A stretch of 64,000 nt of DNA from Octopus vulgaris (GCA_951406725.2 OX597831.1:4030001-4094000), one strand, 5' to 3'; numbered from the stretch's first letter, positions 39,622 to 52,740 are shown. The notes: generated by a model not told the origin, from the letters alone. Numbers and translations: made by a program.

Positions 39622-40000
39622 CTCTATATAAACGGCAGTTTGTCTGTGCGTTTTCTGTGTGTCTGTTTTCTCGTACCCTCACCCTGACCACGGCTTTCAA
39701 CCGATTCTGATGAAACTTGACACACACATAGCCCAATGTCATAATTCAAAACTAACGCAGCGAAAATTTTGAAAAGTTCCCCCAGTTCAGAAAAAAATCG
39801 ATAAATTCGACATGGGGTCGAGAATCAGAAACACAAACCACAGACCGTCTAGGGGACGCAACTCCACCTTTTTTAACTCTCAAAAAAAATTTACCATCAT
39901 TTTTTTTCCATTTTTTTGCTATTTTTTGGCTATAACTCTCTAAAAATGCTTTATAGTTATTTCCCTTACAAACCTGAGCAACGCCGGGCGATACTGCTAG
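39621..40000 (+). mobile_element. Full-length non-autonomous Helitron
   Basis: A|TCtctatataaa ... cctgagcaacgccggg ... CTAG|T. Confidence 0.9.
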
Positions 40001-40167
40001 TATATATATAAAATACAAAATGTGACAAGAACACAAAACATTCAGGCAGGTGATACAAAAACAGGGACAACAAAACATCCAGATAGACGTTACACAGAAA
40101 ACAAGGACAGGTCTTTCGGAGTTTTCTTTCCTCAGTTGAGTTCCAGATTATCTTTGCAATTTCGGCT

Positions 40168-40243
<76 letters not shown>

Positions 40244-41122
40244 GTAAATATATATATATATACATATTCATATATATATATATATATATATATTTATTTA
40301 TGGAGCATTGACGCAAAGCAGTGTTTATGTATGAGCAGAATTTAGCTTACTTGAAATATGTGACAAACATATTTCACCTAACCTAAATTCTGCTCACACA
40401 CACACACACACACACACAGTGCAGGACGTGAATCACAAGTAGCGAAATATATTTAAACAATATAAAGCCATTACCTGTGATAAAGAATTATGTAAGAATT
40501 TCAAAGGCGTTGTTTCTGTGCTTTCGACGAAGTTGCGAGAAGAACACACAAATAAACAACAACAAAAAAAGAAGGGTTGGAACCTCCTGATACATCGTTC
40601 CACAATCCATCGATTGGTGGAATGCATGTAAGAAATATATTCTTTTACACAATGTTTTTATAACGCTTAACTTTATATCAGTGCTGTTGCTTCATGGTGT
40701 GATGCTGTGTTGTAAATAACACAGACACACACACACACACACACACACACACGTATGTGCGTCTGTGTGCATATGTATGTATATACACACATACATACAT
40801 GCATACACATAATTGTTTTGCGTTGGTTCACAGAAGCTTTTTGATTGTTACGTTTCGTTTGGGAGACAAATTAAAAGCTAACGAACTAATTAGGATGTTG
40901 CAGCTATTTGTGATGTTTTTGTTTGTGTAAGAGAGTGCAGTATAGTTTGAAAGATGGCGTGCTTTACGCGATAGTAAGGTGGCGGTGTGTTAGAGTCGTC
41001 GTAGTTGCGTCGGAGTGTTTTGTTATTATAGAATGCCATTCTTCAAGGCGCTACCCTAACATGACCGCAGTCAGTCTAATGACTGAAACAATAGCCTCAG
41101 GCCGGTAAAAGCCTTGTGGGTC

Positions 41123-41174
<52 letters not shown>

Positions 41175-41442
41175 TAGAGAAAAAAACACCTTTTAGCATT
41201 TCAATAATGAAAAATTAAATTATACCATTTAGAAAAATTACATATTATAGAAAGATTAAATATAAGATAAAACATAAAACAACGATTAAGTAATGTGCAA
41301 AATAGTAAATAAAAAGTATATATTTTGTATATATTTTTCAAATTTATATATATATATATTATATTTTGTGAAATTTGATTTAGTATTTCTAAATTGAATT
41401 TTTCCTTGTAAGTTTGGAATAATATTCCCTCATATTATTATT

Positions 41443-41503
<61 letters not shown>

Positions 41504-41769
41504 ATATATATGAAAGTTCAATGTTCAAGTGAATCAGGTCCTTAAATAGTAAATCGCTAAGGTCGCGTACGAAGCCAAATTAGAACAACAACTATGTACT
41601 TACCGAAGTAGACGCGGGTTTATAATCCAGTTGCATGTACATTCACAAACAACCGACTGAATATAGAACAAGTCTCAAGGCTGCACTTGGATACAAACAC
41701 TGCACCAGTTGTACAACACTCACGAGGCTCTTGATTCACGCAAATTGCAGGTTCCGAATAAGGTGAATA

Positions 41770-41915
41770 ATAAACAAATAACAACAGGTGGATTGTGCTT
41801 CACTCATTACATATGTTTCAGATGTGTCTTTTTATTCTATTCATCAGTAAAAAATTAAACGCGTCTGAAACAGCTGAAGCGAATGAATCACAATTCATCT
41901 GCTGTTGTCATTTAT
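41770..41915. repeat. Short inverted repeat with hammerhead remnants
   Basis: acaacaggtggattgtg pairs with cacaattcatctgctgttgt. The minus strand has CTGATGA..GAAA catatg TA and the plus strand has GAAA cagctg. Confidence 0.55.
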
Positions 41916-42096
41916 TGATATGTATACGTATAAGCTAAGCAGAGTCAGCGGTTGGAATAACCGTCTAAGGGATAAGAATATCCGTTCTTACTACCGGTAT
42001 CATTTACTTATACTATCCCTGGGCATGGGTATGGAAGCACACTATGCTCATCGGGTAAGTTAATAACTAAATAAACAAAAGTTTATCAGGAATCAA

Positions 42097-42428
42097 ATTT
42101 AAATAAACAGAAAATGGAGAAAATTTTAGATCAACAAACAAACAAACGAATTGACCAATATCGGTTAATAATTTTTTTAATACAAAACATAACATTACAT
42201 AACATTTCTTATGGCCGTTTTATTTAGTTTAATTTATTTTTTTGTATTTGTATTCACTCAGATAAAGATGGCGAACATTATTTTCGGAATTTTTTTTGCA
42301 AGCATTGATTGACGTCGGCAGCCGACGGAAATGTTATGTTATGTTTTGATTTAAAATATTATTGACAAATGTTGGTCAATTTGTTTTGGTTGTCGATCTA
42401 AAGTTTCCTCCATTTTCTGCTTATTTAA

Positions 42429-42430
<2 letters not shown>
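42097..42430. repeat. Inverted-repeat element (~120-bp arms)
   Basis: atttaaataaacagaaaatggag..tttagatc..aattgaccaa..aaaacataacat pairs with atgttatgttttg..ttggtcaatt..gatctaaa..ctccattttctgcttatttaaat. Confidence 0.8.
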
Positions 42431-42495
<65 letters not shown>

Positions 42496-42989
42496 TGTGT
42501 GTGTGTGTGTGTGCACGTGTCTTCGTGTCTAATTTTGTCCCCACCACTGCTTGACAACCGGTGTTGGCGTGTTTATGTTCCCGTAACTTGGCAGTGCGGT
42601 AAAATACACCGAAATAATAATTTACTAGGCATAAAGCAGACCTAGGTTCGATTTGTTCGACTAACACATTTCAAAGCAGTACCCCAGCATGGCCGCAGTC
42701 AAATGACTGACACAATATAAAAGATATAAAGATTGAAAGGACAACCTCATTTCTGTCCACAGCCGTTCCTTTCTTCTTTTTATCAGACAGTCTTTTTTTT
42801 AAGGTACGTCATTTGAAAGAATCCTCGTTTCATGTGTTTGTTTTACCTTTTCTGGAACAAGAGAACATTTCAAATATCAAGAACTTATCTTGTATGGTAT
42901 CTTTTGTCGTATTTGTTGTTTAATTAAATGCCACTGGCCACACAGAGTAATTTCTTTAGACCATCTTCCTTTACACACGCGCACTTAAG

Positions 42990-43960
42990 TGCATACATAC
43001 ATACATGCATACATACATACATGCATACAAACATACATACATACATACATACATGCATACATACATACATGCATACATGCATACATGCATGCATACATGC
43101 ATACATACATACATACATACATACATGCATACATATATTCATACATACATACATGCATACATACATGCATACATACATACATACATACTCCATACATACA
43201 TACATACATACGTACATGCATACATACATACATACATACATACATACATACATACATACATACATACGTACACACATGCATACATACATACATACATACA
43301 TACATACATACATGCATACATACGTACATACATGCATACATACATGCATACATACATGCATGCATACGTACATACATACATGCATACATACATACATACA
43401 CACATACATACATACATACATACATGCATACATATATTCATACATACATACATGCATACATACATGCATACATACATACATACATACATACATACATACA
43501 TACCTACATACATACATACATAAATACATACATGCATACATACATACATACATGCATGCATACATGCATACATACGTACATACATTCATACATTCATTCA
43601 TACATACATACATACATTCATACATACCTACATACATACATGCATGCATACAAACATGCATACATACATACATACATACATACATACATACATACATGCA
43701 TACATACATACATACATACATACATACATACATACATACATACATACATACATACATACATACATACATACATACATACATACATACATACATACATACA
43801 TACATACATACATACCTACAGACATACATGCATACATACATACATACATACATACATACATACATACATACATACATACATACATACATACATACATACA
43901 TACATACATACATACATACATACATACATACATACATACATACATACATACATGCATACA
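42990..43960. repeat. ~1-kb (TACA)n microsatellite with TGCA variants
   Basis: Direct inspection. It is the source of the 300+ aa MYVC/HTYI pseudo-ORFs. Confidence 0.95.
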
Positions 43961-44456
43961 TTCTTTGCGAAAGGCATGTCAGTCAGTTCTAACCAGAAAC
44001 AGGAAAAGGAAGAAAAAAAAAGGAGGAAAACAAAAAAAAAAATAATAAAAAAATTAATGAAAACCTGAGACAAGAAATGGAAAGTATATAAACGAGAAGT
44101 TTCGAGAAGAATGAAACCAGAAACAAAAAACCATTTCAAGAACTGAGTGCGGTTGACTGTGTCTTCTTACTTCGGTCTATTTCCCTTACGTGCTTCCATA
44201 CAAGGAAACAAACATTTCGTTTAATTTAATCACTGTACGATGGTTTAAAAACAACAGTGTTCACAACGACACATATTCCGTTTTAGAATATGCTTGTATG
44301 TGTGTATATACGTATGTGCATGTGTGTGCGTGCTCTGGCATGTGTATGCATATATATAATCTATATACATATATTTAAAAGTTTATGCATGTGTGTCTGT
44401 GCTTGCATGTGTCTATGTCTTTGTGTTTTCCTGAACGCATAGGCACTTGTATATAT

Positions 44457-44513
<57 letters not shown>

Positions 44514-44856
44514 TGTGTGTGTGTGTATGTGTGTATATGCAGAAAGAGAGCGAGATAGGCAGATAGATATACAAATACATTTACACATTAGCACATGTAT
44601 ATATATACGCTCATGAATGCATACTAACATGCATAAATACATATATATGTCATTTTATGTGTATATATGTGTGTGTGTGTCTATACCTGTTTGCATACCT
44701 GTCTATCTCTGTCTCTCTCTGTCAATCTGTCTGCCTGTCTGTCTGTCTGTTTGACTCTCCCTCTCTCTCTCTCTTTCTCTCTCTCTCTTTATTTCTCTCT
44801 CTCTCTTTTTTTCTTTATCTCTCTTTCTTTCTCTTTCTCATATATATATATATAGG

Positions 44857-44894
<38 letters not shown>

Positions 44895-44911
44895 CATACA
44901 TACATACATAC

Positions 44912-44950
<39 letters not shown>

Positions 44951-45171
44951 AGGAAAGAAAGAGGGACAGGGAGAGACAGATAGGAGATAGCTATGCAAAC
45001 ATGTACATACATATACACATACACAAGCATATCTACATGCATACTTACGTACATACACACACATATATATATATATATATATACGTCCTCATATAAATAT
45101 GCGCGCGTGCGCGTGTGTGTTTGTGTATGTGTGTATGCGTATATTAACACACACGCGCACACACCCACACA

Positions 45172-45217
<46 letters not shown>

Positions 45218-45757
45218 TTGAATCAAAGTTGCTTGACATTAATACGCATTGCTTTCATACAAACAACACACCACAGTTCTATAAATACTTCCAATTTCTT
45301 TGATTTTCGGGTGTGGTTCTTCCTCTGTACGCGTATGCATGTGTATACATGCGTTTTCTTCTGTGTCTGTGTGTCTGTGTGCGTGTGCGTGCGTGTCCGT
45401 GCCGCTGTGTGTGTGTGTGAGCATGTCTTTGTGTGTATATACTCTTCCGCGTATGACTCTATATGAATGAACGTATGTATTGGATTTGGTGTGAACATAA
45501 GGTTGTATACATATTTGTGTTGTGTAAGGTTGAGTAGGAGTGTGTGCATATGTGTCTATGTACGTGTGTGTGCATGTGTGTGTGTGCTTGTATGTGTGCC
45601 TAGGTATGTATTTATGTGTATGTGTGTGTGTATGAACGTGTATATGAATTCCCCAGTTACATATTGGTGTACAGAAACAAGTTGCTTTAAGAACATATTC
45701 GTTTGAATGGATGTATACAGGCAAGACACAGGCACACAAACACACATACATTAACAA

Positions 45758-45836
<79 letters not shown>

Positions 45837-45898
45837 GTGTATACAATTATATACATACATATATACATATATATATATATAGTGAAAATATGTAGGAA

Positions 45899-45939
<41 letters not shown>

Positions 45940-46040
45940 ATTATATATACATATATATGTGTGTGTATATATCCAGTTATACAATATGTTTATATATATA
46001 CAATTATACATATTTATGTATATATATATATACTTGTGTG

Positions 46041-46082
<42 letters not shown>

Positions 46083-46125
46083 ATATATATACACATATTT
46101 ATATATATGCATCTATATATACATG

Positions 46126-46191
<66 letters not shown>

Positions 46192-46399
46192 GCTGTCTAT
46201 CTAACTGTCTGTCTGTCTGTCTGTCTGTCTATCCGTGTGTGTGTACATAAATATATATTGAATACTGCACTCCTCCAGGCTAGGTCTTTGTTATGAGAAT
46301 TATAAATATCCGATTGATAAATATATTTAAATAATTTAGTAAAGAAAGCCAGATATACCGCATAAACACACCGCCAGAACACATCTATTTATACATACA

Positions 46400-46470
<71 letters not shown>

Positions 46471-46724
46471 TTATATATATGTATGTATTTCTCTGTATGT
46501 ATAATGGAAGTATGCATATATACACACTCACACATACACTCAACACGCACGTGCGCACATACATACGTATGTGTATATATGTATATTGGATATATGTTTT
46601 ATGTATATATATATGTTTGTGTTTGTGCGCATGAGTGTAAGCTGTATGTATATATATCTATGTATACACACAGACATGCATGCATACATACATACATACA
46701 TACACACATACATACATACATACA

Positions 46725-46782
<58 letters not shown>

Positions 46783-47944
46783 TGTATGTATGTATGTATG
46801 TAGTATGTATGTGTGTATGTATGTGTGTGTGTATTTCTTACCGAAATTTCTACACTTCTCTGTAAGGTGACAAAAATTTCCAATTTTGAAATATCTGTTG
46901 GTAATACATTTGATTAAAGTGAATATCTAAAGAAAATGGATAGCTTTGATCTTTCAAAACACAAAAGCTGATTTCTTTTCTTCCTATCTGCTCTTTTCTT
47001 TATGTGTGTCAGACTAAAGATAATCTCTTTATTCTTAAAAACGACCCGAGCGAATGTGATCTAGTGTGGGCGAATGGGGGTGAGTCTCCGCATTAAATAA
47101 CGATTTCTAGTATAAGCAAAAAGCCATAATTTTGATGTTGGGGTTATACTCTATTAGCTGGAGCCCCAGTATATAATTGGTACTTGTTGTTTCTCTAAGG
47201 GAAGGATATAAGATGAAGTTGACCATGGTAGGATTTGAACGCTGAATCTCCAAGGGCGAAGCACAAGGTCCCTTTACATTCTAAAATGAAATCCAGCCGC
47301 AATCGAATAAAAGTTGTTGAGTCAGCTAGAGAGTGAGCATTTAGAGGGGGCAATCTGCTGTTTGCAGACTTTGTTAATTGCACGTCTGTCAAAAAATTAT
47401 TTTGAATTTTCTTTAGTAGGGTTGCCCGCCTGATGATGAATTATGTTTCATGCATGGTTCATCATCAGGCGGGCACCAAGCCCGCTTCTTGCAAATGTTT
47501 GCCCATGCCTGCTTTATGTGGCTGTTCGTCTTGCCAGACATTGCTACCAAATTCCCTCAAATGCCGCTGTTCCATCTTATCAACGTTATGGCTAGCTGCC
47601 TAATGTAATTTTTGACATGCAAGGCGGTATAGTTACAGGTTTGAATATCTCTCATCCTCTTTCTCCATCCAGCAAGTCTGACTTGGCGCTAAATATCAAC
47701 AACAACAACAACAAAACAAATTTCTTGACCTAACTGTTTCGAAATGACATAACGTACAAAAGAGACAGATTCACATTGCACTCTCTCTGTAATTGATACA
47801 CGATCACACCCTAAGCATAATAGATTATGGCTTGGGATTAATGGAGGGTTAAATTTTAGAATTAAAAGAGAATCTCACTATTGAACTGATACAGGATCGC
47901 GATATAGAAGTAATACAGAATATATGAAAACAAGATTTTTATAT

Positions 47945-48158
47945 TGGTTTCGAATTTTGGCACAAAGCCTGCAGTTTTGGGAGAGGAGGTAAGTCGATTA
48001 CATCGACCCCATCAATCACCTTGTACTTATTTTATCGATCGCAAAAAGATGAAAGGCAAAGAAAACCTCGGTGGTATTTGAACTCAGAATGTAAAGATGG
48101 ACGAGATATCGACAAGCATTTTGTCCGTTGTGTTAACAATTCTGCCAGCTCGCCGCCT
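47945..48158 (-). mobile_element. SINE family B
   Basis: Reverse complement of the family B consensus, ending ctgccagctcgccgcc. Confidence 0.8.
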
Positions 48159-48226
48159 TTCTAGAAGTTTAAATATTGCCATAAAGAACGGAACCTAGAG
48201 GACTGAGTGCATTCGATTAACTAGAT

Positions 48227-48373
48227 CAGACATGGACAATCGTTTTCGAAAAGAAGGCCGCATGAGACCAGCCTTGTCGTTAGGCAGGTCGAATTTCTAA
48301 AAAAAATTCAAGGTAATTTTTAGTTAGGCGTGATATGTAGAAAGTCCCGTGGGCCGCAATGTGTTCATGTCTG
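48227..48373. mobile_element. hAT (Charlie-like) MITE
   Basis: TIRs cagacatggaca / tgttcatgtctg. The 8-bp flanks aacTAgat / agcTAaac have a central TA. Internal ggccgc motifs. Confidence 0.55.
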
Positions 48374-48963
48374 AGCTAAACACTGTAATAATTGACTGAT
48401 ATTATCATTATTGTTGTTTTGCTCCGGCCAAGGTCAACCATGATTAATTGGACAAGAAATTAATAGCATTATAGTCCTTCCTATCTCACCTTTCATGATT
48501 AATTAGTGAGTATTATCAGGTGAATTATTTCCTTAATGAAGGACTGAGAGGTAATGTCCATGAGGTTCTTCATTTCATATGCTATTGGCCGTTCTGTTGA
48601 ATTCTTTTCTTCTTCAATGTCTTCCTTTCTAGTTTCTTGTTGTGCAAAACCAAAACCTTCAGCAATGAGGAATTGATTATCAAGATCACCTTCATCAACT
48701 CCAAACCATTCTTTAATTGGTTCCTAGTTATCAGTATTTACAAAGGTACGCTGAAAGCCATTTGCCACAAATCCTTGAACATTTAAATAAATCTTCTTCT
48801 TCTTCTTCTTCTTCTTCTTCTTCTTCGTCGTCTTCTTCTTCTTCTTCTCCTCCCCCTCCTCTTCCTCCTCTTCCTCCTCTTCCTCCTCCTCCTCCTCCTT
48901 CTTCTTCTTCTTCTTCTTCTTCTTCTTCTTCTTCTTCTTCTTCGTCGTCGTCGTCGTCGTCGT

Positions 48964-49530
48964 ATTGAGTGAGAGAGAAGAACATGACATCAAAGTGACA
49001 CTGGGGCACAAAATATATGAAAGCCAATATACTCATCATGACTACACATCTGATGAAGGTACACTAGGCACATGCATCACAACCATATGTGTGCGACAGG
49101 GTGGTCTCTTATCAAGATAAACAGCGCATGACCTTGCAGGTGGGAGCCCAGTTCGAATCTTCTTCAGTTCGAGTAGCCTATCTCGCGCAAAAGGTCCCTG
49201 AATAAGGTTTGCTTAAGTATGATGATCAAAACACCCATGTTTCCTCAAGTGAATTATTCAAACCCCAAGGAATTTCTTCTTAACACATGGCTATTATGCC
49301 CTCCCCCACTACTGCTGTTCGTGATCAGAGATGCACATATCGTCAGCCACTAAGGGATATGCTCAACTGGTTAAAGTCAAGCAACTGATAAGCAAATCTG
49401 TGGTATTGAGCAGAATTTTTGCTGTAGCCCATCTTTTATACCAAGACAAAGCAATGTACATGATAACACTTCCAATCAGTTAAGATCAGGAGCAATGAGA
49501 GCCAGTACCTGGTATTGCATCAGGGCATTT
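48964..49530. mobile_element. Second copy of the ~550-bp repeat
   Basis: Colinear with 35476-36028. Lies between (TTC/TCG)n and (TTA)n. Confidence 0.8.
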
Positions 49531-49535
49531 ATTAT

Positions 49536-49745
49536 TATTAATCTTCGCCTTAGCAAAGGCAGAGGTATTGTTTACAGTCGTGTTTGTTTGTTTATTTGCT
49601 TGACTGTGTACAAGATATCTCAAGAACCGCTGGATGGATTCGGATGAAACTTTCAGGGATGTTTGACATCGTGACTTGTGCGAACTGATTATATTTTGGG
49701 ATCGATCCGGTACCGGACAAGGATTCTTTTTTTATATTTTCTTTA
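49536..49745 (+). mobile_element. Helentron-associated (HINE/DINE-like) element fragment
   Basis: ttattaatcttcgcc..ggcagaggt subterminal hairpin, (gttt)n, then gatatctcaagaaccgctggatggattcggatgaaactt. Confidence 0.55.
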
Positions 49746-49992
49746 CGTTGCTTGTATATGTAAAGTTTCACATAGTTCTCTTGTACACATACACACATAC
49801 ATACATATACTCACACTTCAAACGCCGTTTATCGGCTTTTCCACCACTTCTTCATTATTCATCTATCACCCCTTCCTTTCTCATCCATTCGACGCTCTCT
49901 TTGCCATCTATCTCCTCTACCTTCACCTCTCTATTATGAATGTATGTATGTATGTATGTATGTATGTATGTATGTATGTATGTATGTATGTG

Positions 49993-50047
<55 letters not shown>

Positions 50048-50363
50048 ATATAGATATATGTATATATGTATATATATATATAGTAATAACAAAGGGTAAA
50101 ATTAATTAATTAAGAAGTAATCAATAATTTCACCAAGTAGAATTCGGCATGAAAAAAGGACCATTTCATGGTAAACTTAAGTAATACTAAATAATTAGGG
50201 TTCAGCAAAGATTTGCTTTACCACATACCGAAGCTTAGAAATAGCAGCTAAAAAACGTTAGCTATTTCTTCTACTTTAAAAAGGGACTCCCAGAAAAACC
50301 AAAATACTTGAAAACAATCCACACAGGCAGAGAAGAAGAAGTAACGAAAATCAATCAATATCT

Positions 50364-50454
50364 GGTCACCTATGGACGCGCGTTTCGGAATTAGGTTGGA
50401 ATGAAGAATATAAAATTATACTTTACCAACCGTTTTCCTCTTCAGCATAGGACC
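50364..50454 (-). ncRNA. Type I hammerhead ribozyme, canonical core
   Basis: Minus strand reads ggt cctatg CTGAAGA ggaa aac ggttgg[26 nt]ccaacc taa ttcc GAAA cgcgcg TC catagg tg acc. Confidence 0.85.
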
Positions 50455-50957
50455 CCATCAATAATTAAATATTGAAATATTAAATTCGGAGGTACTTGAA
50501 CCTCATTCATGTTTTGAATTCGGCATTACTGACGCTTAATATTATCTGTCCGATACCGTTAGGTGGAGAGATATGTTCAATTATTCCAGTACCTTCGAAA
50601 CTATTTCAAATGGTGAATTTGTTAACTTTGGCTTGTACTAGATAACGATATTACGGTTACTAAATTTTCTAGAGCTGCTTTGAGATGTCATCTTTACAAA
50701 AAATAACATACCAAATCTAATATATAACTTGCGAAGTAAATAAAACTATGTCATTCGGCACATTGCTTCATGATGGTCACTTGCTAGCTCTCACTGCACA
50801 AAACCGTGTGCTGCCATCTTTTGGCGCGCTGCAGAACTAATTCGGGAACGTTTTGATACCACCTCGTATATGTTTGTACACACGCGCGCTCACCCCCCCC
50901 CCCCAATAATAAAGGTGGCTTATTCGCAATTTACAACCAAAACTCAGAACTAAGTAC

Positions 50958-51300
50958 GTCCCTAAAGTGACTAAGAATACTAGTTAGCACCAGCGTTGCT
51001 AGACATAATAGTCAAAACAACTCTTAGCCACAAGAATGCACTTATCAGCGTGTGATTTCTACGGAGACTCTTATAAGCTGACAAGGTGGGATAACTTAAC
51101 CCTAGGCTGCTGGGGGAGAGCCACAGACGAGCATTAATCAAATGCGAAATCACTGATGATCTGGCTATGTCCTGAATGCTGTAGGGAGCTTGCCTCTCTT
51201 GTCATTCAAAAGGTAAATGCTTTCTAGTGGCTAAGAGTTGTTTCACTTTTATTTCTAGCAATGCTGGTGCTAACCAGTACCCTTACTCACCTTAGTGACA
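50958..51300. repeat. Inverted-repeat element (~90-bp arms) enclosing a hammerhead
   Basis: gttagcaccagc.ttgctaga..aaacaactcttagccac pairs with gtggctaagagttgttt..tctagcaa.gctggtgctaac. Confidence 0.8.
51119..51166 (+). ncRNA. Type I hammerhead with monomer-competent stem III (U4A core)
   Basis: agcca CAGACGA gcatt aatca aatgc GAAA tca ctga tga TC tggct. All three stems are Watson-Crick. Confidence 0.75.
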
Positions 51301-51398
<98 letters not shown>

Positions 51399-51610
51399 CA
51401 ATAATAATTCTCTAAATGAGATATAGACAGTAACTGCTCCATAACATAAGGGACTAAAGCCATCTGAATATGGCTAGGGACAGGGCAGGGTGGTGGGGGT
51501 GTTACTGTTGCATTTAGCCCCAGGCGAACATCAACGTCGCCAGATAGGCTTGACACCATCACGGCGTCCTCTATCCTGCAAAGGGAGATAATTCCCCGAT
51601 GAAGCGGAAA

Positions 51611-51659
51611 CCACACACGGACCTAGGTTTCAAGGTGTTTGCCTATTATCAACGTATGG
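51611..51659 (-). ncRNA. Type I hammerhead, U3-A8 variant (left arm copy)
   Basis: Minus strand reads ccatacg TTGATAA t agg caaaca cct t GAAA cctagg TC cgtgtgtgg. Confidence 0.75.
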
Positions 51660-52143
51660 TAGGCACCCGCTTCCCCGACGAACCACTCACTCTGCAGGAT
51701 ATTTATATAGATTTTCAAGCAAAATACATTTGCTGATTTCGAAAATCTGTTCGACAGCAATAATAATTCTCTAATTGAGATATAGACAGTAACTGCTCCA
51801 TAACATAAGGGACTAACCTAGGTCTGTGTGTGGTTTCCGCTTCATCGGGGAATTATCTCCCTTTGCAGGATAGAGGACGCCGTGATGGTGTCAAGCCTAT
51901 CTGGCGACGTTGATGTTCGCCTGGGGCTAAATGCAACAGTAACACCCCCACCACCCTGCCATGTCCCTAGTCATATTCAGATGGCTTTAGTCCCTTATGT
52001 TATGGAGCAGTTACTGTCTATATCTCATTTAGAGAATTATTATTGCTGTCGAACAGATTTTCGAAATCAGCAAATGTATTTTGCTTGAAAATCTATATAA
52101 ATATCCTGCAGAGTGAGTGGTTCGTCGGGGAAGCGGGTGCCTA

Positions 52144-52192
52144 CCATACGTTGATAATAGGCAAACACCTTGAAACCTAGGTCCGTGTGTGG
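52144..52192 (+). ncRNA. Type I hammerhead, U3-A8 variant (right arm copy)
   Basis: ccatacg TTGATAA t agg caaaca cct t GAAA cctagg TC cgtgtgtgg. Stem I is catacg/cgtgtg. Confidence 0.75.
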
Positions 52193-52397
52193 TTTCCGCT
52201 TCATCGGGGAATTATCTCCCTTTGCAGGATAGAGGACGCCGTGATGGTGTCAAGCCTATCTGGCGACGTTGATGTTCGCCTGGGGCTAAATGTAACAGTA
52301 ACACCCCCACCACCCTGCCCTGTCCCTAGCCATATTCAGATGGCTTTAGTCCCTTATGTTATATATATATATATATATATATAGATATATGAGTGTG

Positions 52398-52692
52398 AAG
52401 GAGCATTGGCTTAGTGGTTAGAGCGTCGAGCTTACGATCGTGAGGTTGTCGGTTCGAATCCCCGACCGGGTTGCGTGTTGTGTTCTTGAGCAAGACACTT
52501 TATTTCACGTTGCTCCAGTTCACTCAGCTGTAGAAATGAGTTGCGACGCCACAGGTGCCAAGCTGTATCGGCCTTTGCCTTTCCCTTGGATAACACTGAT
52601 GGTCTTCCATAAACGACCTTGCCCGGACTTGTGCCTGGGAGGGTAACTTTCTAGGTGCAATCCCACGGTCGGCCATGATCGAAGAGGGTCTC
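52398..52692 (+). mobile_element. SINE family C variant
   Basis: tggcttagtggttagagcg..ggttcgaatccc..ttgagcaagacactttatttcacgttgctccagt. The 3' half differs from 19860-20185. Confidence 0.8.
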
Positions 52693-52706
52693 AATATGTA
52701 TATGCA

Positions 52707-52740
<34 letters not shown>

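Larger units (their letters stand above)
51397..52362. mobile_element. Candidate retrozyme: inverted plus tandem array of a 359-nt hammerhead-bearing monomer
   Basis: 51397-51816 is ~1.2 units on the minus strand and 51815-52362 is ~1.5 units on the plus strand. Period is 359 (TC at 51823-24 and 52182-83). Both ends abut (TA)n. Confidence 0.8.

Noticed and set aside
50812-50830. Promoter motifs (YY1-like gccatctt, E2F-like ttttggcgcg; also CCAAT/CRE near 4667-4695)
   Set aside because: Short motifs with no associated gene or CpG island, so not supportable.
51590-51625. Opposite-polarity hammerhead in the 359-nt unit (CCGATGA agcg GAAA cc..gg)
   Set aside because: No stem II can form in 4 nt and there is no UH after the putative stem III, so I cannot claim an ambisense ribozyme pair.
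51287-52384. Three copies of ORF MWFPLHRGIISLCRIED...
   Set aside because: They start at GTG, run into microsatellites and have no recognisable domain. They only reflect the 359-nt repeat.
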